64,000 nt of DNA. Source: Selaginella moellendorffii (taxonomy: Eukaryota > Plantae > Lycopodiophyta). The stretch is taken from contig NW_003314267.1 of the NCBI RefSeq assembly GCF_000143415.4, positions 3,017,839-3,081,838 on the forward strand, read 5' to 3'. The notes beneath the pieces are model-generated. The model was not told the origin of the DNA. It was given only the letters and a program-made list of their open reading frames with translations, and searched no databases. This document shows, piece after piece, positions 58,401-64,000 of this stretch; positions within the stretch are counted from its first letter, which is position 1; each line of letters starts with the position of its first letter. Made by a program: the position numbers and the translations under genes.

Positions 58401-60242
58401 AACAACGGTCTGGATGGATCACAAAAATCTTGAGTACTTTGCCACTTCCCAAGTTTTGAGCCGTCATCAGGCAAGGTGGGCACAATTCCTAAGTCGATTT
58501 GACTTTGTTATCAAGTACAGACCTAGAAAGCTTCAAAGCCTTCCTGATGCTCTTTCAAGGCGCTCTTATTTTAGTCTCAAACTTGGTAATCCTGCCTTCG
58601 ATCAACAGGATCAAGTTATCCTTGGTCCTGATCAGCTTCAAGTTATGGCAATTTCCGGTGCCCGTCAGGACTCCTCCTTGATGGATGCAATCAGAAATTA
58701 TCTTTAATCCGATGACCTCGCTAGCAACATTTTTCCCCATCTTTAGGCTGGATATCCAGTGACTCCCAACTGCCGGCGATTTGATGAGTTCGAGTTCTTA
58801 GATGGCTTGTTGTACCATGGGGAGCAACTTTACGTTCCTAAAGGTGATGCTCATAGGTTGGTCCTAATGGCGTGCCACGATAGCTCGACTACTGGTCACT
58901 CCAGCATTGTGAAAACCTATGAGCTGGTTGTATGGGACTTTTGGTGGTCTTATATGGACAACTACATCAAAGCTTTTGTTACCTCTTATGACATTTGCGC
59001 CCAAAATAAAGTACCTCACCACCTTCCTTCAGGTTTGCTTCGTTCCCTCCTAGTCTTTTCAGGTCCTTGGGAATCCATCTCTATAGATTTCTTGAGTGAT
59101 CTTCCGAGTTCTAGAGGCTTCAACAGCATTTTAGTTGTGGTGGATTGCTTCACAAAGATGGTGCACTTCTTGCCATGTACCAAGAAGTTTTTGGGCAAGG
59201 ACATGGCAAAATTGGTATTTAGGGAAATTTTCCGACTTCATGGGATTCTTGCATATGTGGTTTCGGATCAAGGACCTCAGTTCATCTCTTATTTCTAGCA
59301 ATGGTTCTTGCAGCTTCTTGGAGTGAAGGCCAACCTCTCTTTGGCATATCATCCTCAAACTGATGGACAGTCCAAGTGAACGATTCAGACGTTGGAACAA
59401 TTCCTGAGATGCTTCATCAACTATCATCAAGATGACTGGTTTAATATCCTTCCCCTTGCTGAGTTCTCCTATAACAACTCTGTTCACTCCTCCTTTCAAG
59501 TTTCCCCCTTCTTTGCAAACTCTTGCCGAAATCCCCAATTCAATCTCTCACTTCCTTCTTCATTTGAATCCTCTCATTCAAATTCCCGCTCTAAGGCATT
59601 TGTCTCCAACCTCCAGGAAATCCACAACTCCATCTCCTTCCACCTCCATCGTGCTCAGGAATCTCACAAAACATTTGCCAATGTCCATCGTCAGGATTGT
59701 CCCCCTTACAATATCAGGGATAAAGTCTAGCTCCTCAAGTGAAATATGTCCACCACTAGGCTATGTCCTAAACTCGATTTCAAACACCTTGGTCCTTTCC
59801 CTATCATTGCCATCATTAATCCTATCACTTATCACCTTGCACTTCCCTCCTCATATGAAATTCACCCCATTTTTCACTCCTCTCTCCTTGAGCTTTATAT
59901 TCCCAGTCCTATTCCAAATCAGGTCATTCCTCTACCTCCACCAGTGCAGCTCAAGGATGGGTCGGAGTACGAGGTTCAGGACATCCTTGATTCCAAGATC
60001 TCACGGTCTAAACTCTACTATCTGGTAGACTGAAAGGGTTACAGACCTGAGGAACGCACTTGGGAACCTATGGACAGCCTGATTCATTCTCTTGACTTTA
60101 TTCAGGACTTCCATTGTCTCTATCCTTGTCATCCCAGTCCTTATTCTTTTCATTCTCCATCTCCTGTCCCTCGCTGCCCATCTCATCGTCCTCTTCGTTT
60201 TCATTCATGTCCTCGTTCCATTCGTTCTTGAAAAGGGGGTGC

Positions 60243-60603
60243 TCTCAGGAATCCCTCAATTCTTGCCACATTCCTGACTCTTGCCGGATTCCTGACCCGC
60301 AAACCACATTCCTTACTCTCGAGACACTTCCCTATTCCTGACTCTCTGATTTCCTGTACGATTCCTGAGTCTCGAACCACATTCCTGATGATGACATGGC
60401 ACCTCCTCGACCTCAGCTATATTTAGGCCGTCCTCGATCTAAGAGTGGTGGAGCTTCACCAACCTATAGTATATATAGGTTAGCCTTGTTCCATTTCTCC
60501 ACAATCTGAATCAATGTTAGTCTAAGGCCACTTATTCATTTCCACTAGCTTTTCTTTTTGTCTTCTGCATTTTCCAGTCTTGATTTTGTAGGAGGTCTTG
60601 ATA
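60243..60603 (+). repeat. 3' LTR
   Basis: Follows PPT; matches 5' LTR with only one 26-bp unit. Confidence 0.93.
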
Positions 60604-60608
60604 GTTGG

Positions 60609-63107
60609 CAAGTCCAAAGTGTATACAAGATCCCTCTCGCACTGTAAAATTGTCTAAGGCTCTAGAGACAACTTAACACTGCCACCTCCTTTCAAAGACC
60701 ATTGTGTATCCAATTTGTAAACAACTAAATTTTCCATTCTAGTTTAGTCACTTAACCACACCTTTGACCACTTGAAGGAATCTCACTCACAATTTTCATA
60801 AATTTTATTCTTAACTTAGGGACATATTAACCCTATGAATGACATCTATACCATTCAGCCTTTGCACTGGGTCCAAGTGCTCCATATGTCTGATCCCATA
60901 ATAAACACCTAAAGGTACCACTATTATATCAGCCAGTTATGCTAAAACTATGTCCATTCACCTTTGTCTTGGGGTAATCTAAGACCACCCATACCATATG
61001 CATGAGATATCTAATCTCCTCTAAGAAAAACTTACACTTAGATAACTTTGAGTAGAGTTTGTTGTCCCTCAAAAGTTACAAAACACTTCACACATACATC
61101 TCATGTTCCTCCATTGAAGAACTAAACATTAGGATATCATCAAAATAATCAATTGCAAACTTTCCTAGATAAAGCTATAAAATCTAATTCATCAATCTTT
61201 GAAAAGTTGTAGGAGCATTTGTTAAATTAAATGGCATCACCAAAAACTTGTAATGATCTATCCTTATCAAAAATGCAATTTTTGGAACATCCTCCAGCTT
61301 GATACAAATCTAATGATACTCTTGCCTTAAATTAATCTTTAAAAAATATTGAGCACTATGGAGCAAATCATTAATACAAGGGATTGGGAATATATTCTTC
61401 ATAGTCCTATCATTCAATCCTTTGTAGTTTATGCAAAGATGGTATATGCCATTTTTCTTCTTGACCATCACTACTAAAGCAACCTAAGGAGACTTGTTGA
61501 TCTATAACCACTTTTTCCGAAGGTACTTAGCAAGTTGTTTATTAATCTCCTCATCTTTAGTGGGACTAGTACAAGTCAGTTGTCACTGATAAAGAGTAGC
61601 TCTAGGAACCAAGTTAATCTTATGTTGAATTTCACGTTCAAGAAGCAAACTATTAGACAACTCATCTAGAAATACATCATAGAACTCCTCCTGAATGGAA
61701 TCCATCCAAGCCCCATGCCCATGAATGTACTCCAAATCAGATATAATCATATTAGAAAGAAACAAGTACACCACAAAAGAGCTAGTTATCTCATATATGC
61801 AAATCACCAACTCTAAAGTGTTAATCAATGGAGTATCACTATTGTCCATCCTAACAATCTCTTTCACAGTGCCACCAACTTCAATATGCAGAACATTATG
61901 CTCCTAATTGATCCCTAGCTTTCTGTCATAAAATCATTCTTTCCTAAGAATAATATTTGTGTGACCAATATCCATAACTTGGAACAAAGGATGGTTAAGA
62001 ATCCTTTGAATTGTCAAAAGAACACTCAGAGCCCATTCACGAGTGTTACATCCATCTACTATAACCCTAAACCTTGTGACAACAAAAACAATTACCCTCC
62101 ATCTTGTCCTTCTCATGTTGATCTAAATGAGTTTCTTTAGCCTCATGATCATTTCCACTCTTTGAGCCATGATGGAACAATGGCTGTTTCTTCCCCAATA
62201 TAAAGCATTGGCAAGTTGGTCATCATGTTGATAGAGTTGATCAAGTTGATTGATAATTTGGGCGAAAAGATCTGAGCCTTAATGATAGCATTAATCAATG
62301 TTGCAAGAAAATCCTTCTTGACCTTTTACTACACACCCATTAAATTTAGACTTTTGATAAAACATTGCACCTTTAGTAGTTTATGATAAATGTCTGTGAG
62401 ACTAAGGCAAAGGTCATGGGTATATGCATTTAAAGACAAAGTCCTTTACTAAATCTCTAGCAACTAATTCATAAAATTAACTTTTTCAAACTTCTTGATA
62501 AATGAAGCATGGAAAACCTTTATTAAATCACTCCAAGAAGTTGACTTTTAACTATTTATGGAAAGTGTCCAAATTTACTAATTGGGCATATCTATGGAAT
62601 GTAAAGATTATCCTGAATATAATGGTATTGGATTAGCTTTGATAGAGTTCTTCCACCATGAAGAAGTATGGCTTGTAAGCTTCGTCACAAAAAAAAACTT
62701 TATCCTCACAAAGATTATGAGACCAATAACTTTCCCACAATTCCAACCAAGAATCAACTTCTTAACTATCACAAACATTTAGTAATGATTTTCATTCCAT
62801 GATACCATAATCCTTGGTATAATTGATATACCAATGGTAATCATGGATATTAGATTAATTCAACCCTTAAAGGTCCATGCAAAGTAAAAAATCCTTAATG
62901 AAATTGTTAGAATCTTTAACCTTTTTAATAACCTCAGAAATTTGGCATCCTTGCCACACAACAACATCATCAAGAGTCTCTTCTTCATCGTCATGGCATC
63001 AAGATCAATATTCTGCTCATCTACCATCCCCAAAAGAACATGCTAATGAAATAAACAAGGAGTCCTTAAATCCCACAGGCCAGAGAATATTCCTGTAGTT
63101 TGTGTCA
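60609..63107 (-). mobile_element. Outer gypsy element, remainder (RT, gag; RNase H/integrase largely deleted)
   Basis: Continues CAAGTCCAAAGTGTAT as in 11859; RT DYFDDIL near 61140; 62200-62900 homologous to 13600-14245. Confidence 0.85.
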
Positions 63108-63724
63108 GTGCACAAACTAAAAGGTCCACACACTCCATGGATTCGGCACTTGAGAAGCATTGCCTTCCAAGAGGAGTTATCTGTCATCCAGTAGCTTGCT
63201 GAATCTTTCAACTCAAGAGCAGCCAAGAATATGAGCTGTGTTGAAACATCAGTCATTTCAAACTCTGTCTCCCAGATATCAAAGCTTGCCTGCTTTTGAA
63301 AACTTGATCTTGGAGCTATGTATCAGTCAGGAGGTCAAAACTTTGCCATGAAACTGAATTGTTGCTGTGTTTGAGCACAAGATTTTCATCATCTTGCATG
63401 TCCAGTCTCACACCAGCTACTGCAACTCACGATGACTTGAGCCACCCCATTATGCAACACAAACAATCCTTGGGCTTCATTAAGCACAAGTTGGGCGAGC
63501 AGTGGCAGTCCAGATAATTGTCTCAACGAAGTGTCTCAACTGATTCCTACATTCAACTTACCAGGAGCTCCAGTGTCATTGAGGGAACCAAACCCAAAGG
63601 TCGTCCCTGGCGAGATCAGGATTTGAGAGTGCTGCCTGTTTGAATGCTTCTGCCCATTTCAATTTCGCTCGTTAGAACTGCCGCTCGCAGTATCAACATG
63701 AAAGGCGACATTACAGAATGCCAT
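63108..63724 (-). pseudogene. S-domain receptor kinase pseudogene, 5' part (B-lectin, SLG, EGF start)
   Basis: ILISPGTTFGFG-like lectin start, SSWKAMLLKCRIHGVCGPFSLC; colinear with the 3' part at 53000-54480. Confidence 0.75.
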
Positions 63725-64000
63725 GCGGTCACGCAAATTGTACAATAGAAGATGTTTTGAAAAGGTCCTCTCCCCTGTCCAGTCAAAAAGCTTGCTTCTT
63801 GTCTTTTTACAAGACGTCTATATCTTGACTTGAGATTCTTAGATCACAACTGGTTTGGGAGATACTTGCTTGTAGATAACAATTCTATATGAGACTAGTT
63901 GTCAAGGTTGAAGCCTCTTTCTAGGACTCCCATCAAGAGCCAATATATAACGGAAAAGGAAAATGTACAGCAAGAATAGCCATAGCCATAAAGAAGTAAA

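Larger units (their letters stand above)
55012..60603 (+). mobile_element. Full-length but inactivated chromoviral Ty3/gypsy LTR retrotransposon (Tf1/Tcn1-like), nested
   Basis: LTRs 55012-55419 and 60243-60603; TSD GTTGG (55007-55011, 60604-60608); PPT AAAAGGGGG; gag [24 protein letters not shown], RNase H EVDASHFAIGAVL, IN PWESISIDF..GPF, chromodomain EYEVQDILDS..KGY..EERTWEP; many stops. Confidence 0.97.

Overview
Eukaryotic land-plant genomic DNA. The very short GT-AG introns (about 50-60 nt), tiny intergenic gaps and gene content suggest a compact lycophyte genome such as Selaginella (inference). The window has three zones. (1) 1-24 kb: a plastid thioredoxin-m gene, then an AT-rich and mosaic zone. 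It holds a decayed intron-bearing integrase, a Crypton/DUF3504-like tyrosine-recombinase fragment, captured gene fragments (HBS1 N-terminus, three different class-3 lipases), a Ty3/gypsy remnant, a Ty1/copia element split inside its integrase by a 4.3-kb gene-fragment mosaic, and a 350-bp hAT-type element with TIRs and an 8-bp TSD. (2) 24-49.5 kb: a dense gene block with BCD1, MEE60-like x3, GH17-X8 glucanase, Ole e 1-like, S1/P1 endonuclease, SIEL/INTS4, a catalytically degenerate ABCG, HDA9, NTR, A1 aspartic protease, MTH1-type Nudix and MIZ1-like. It includes a tandem segmental duplication with reciprocal gene loss and a local inversion. (3) 50-64 kb: lectin receptor-kinase pseudogenes, one split by nested gypsy elements. 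The inner element is a full-length chromovirus with a 5-bp TSD. Its primer-binding site is a perfect 15-nt complement of its own predicted transcript start, which points to tRNA-independent self-priming. Family assignments are from motif recognition only; no searches were run, and boundaries of decayed elements are approximate.
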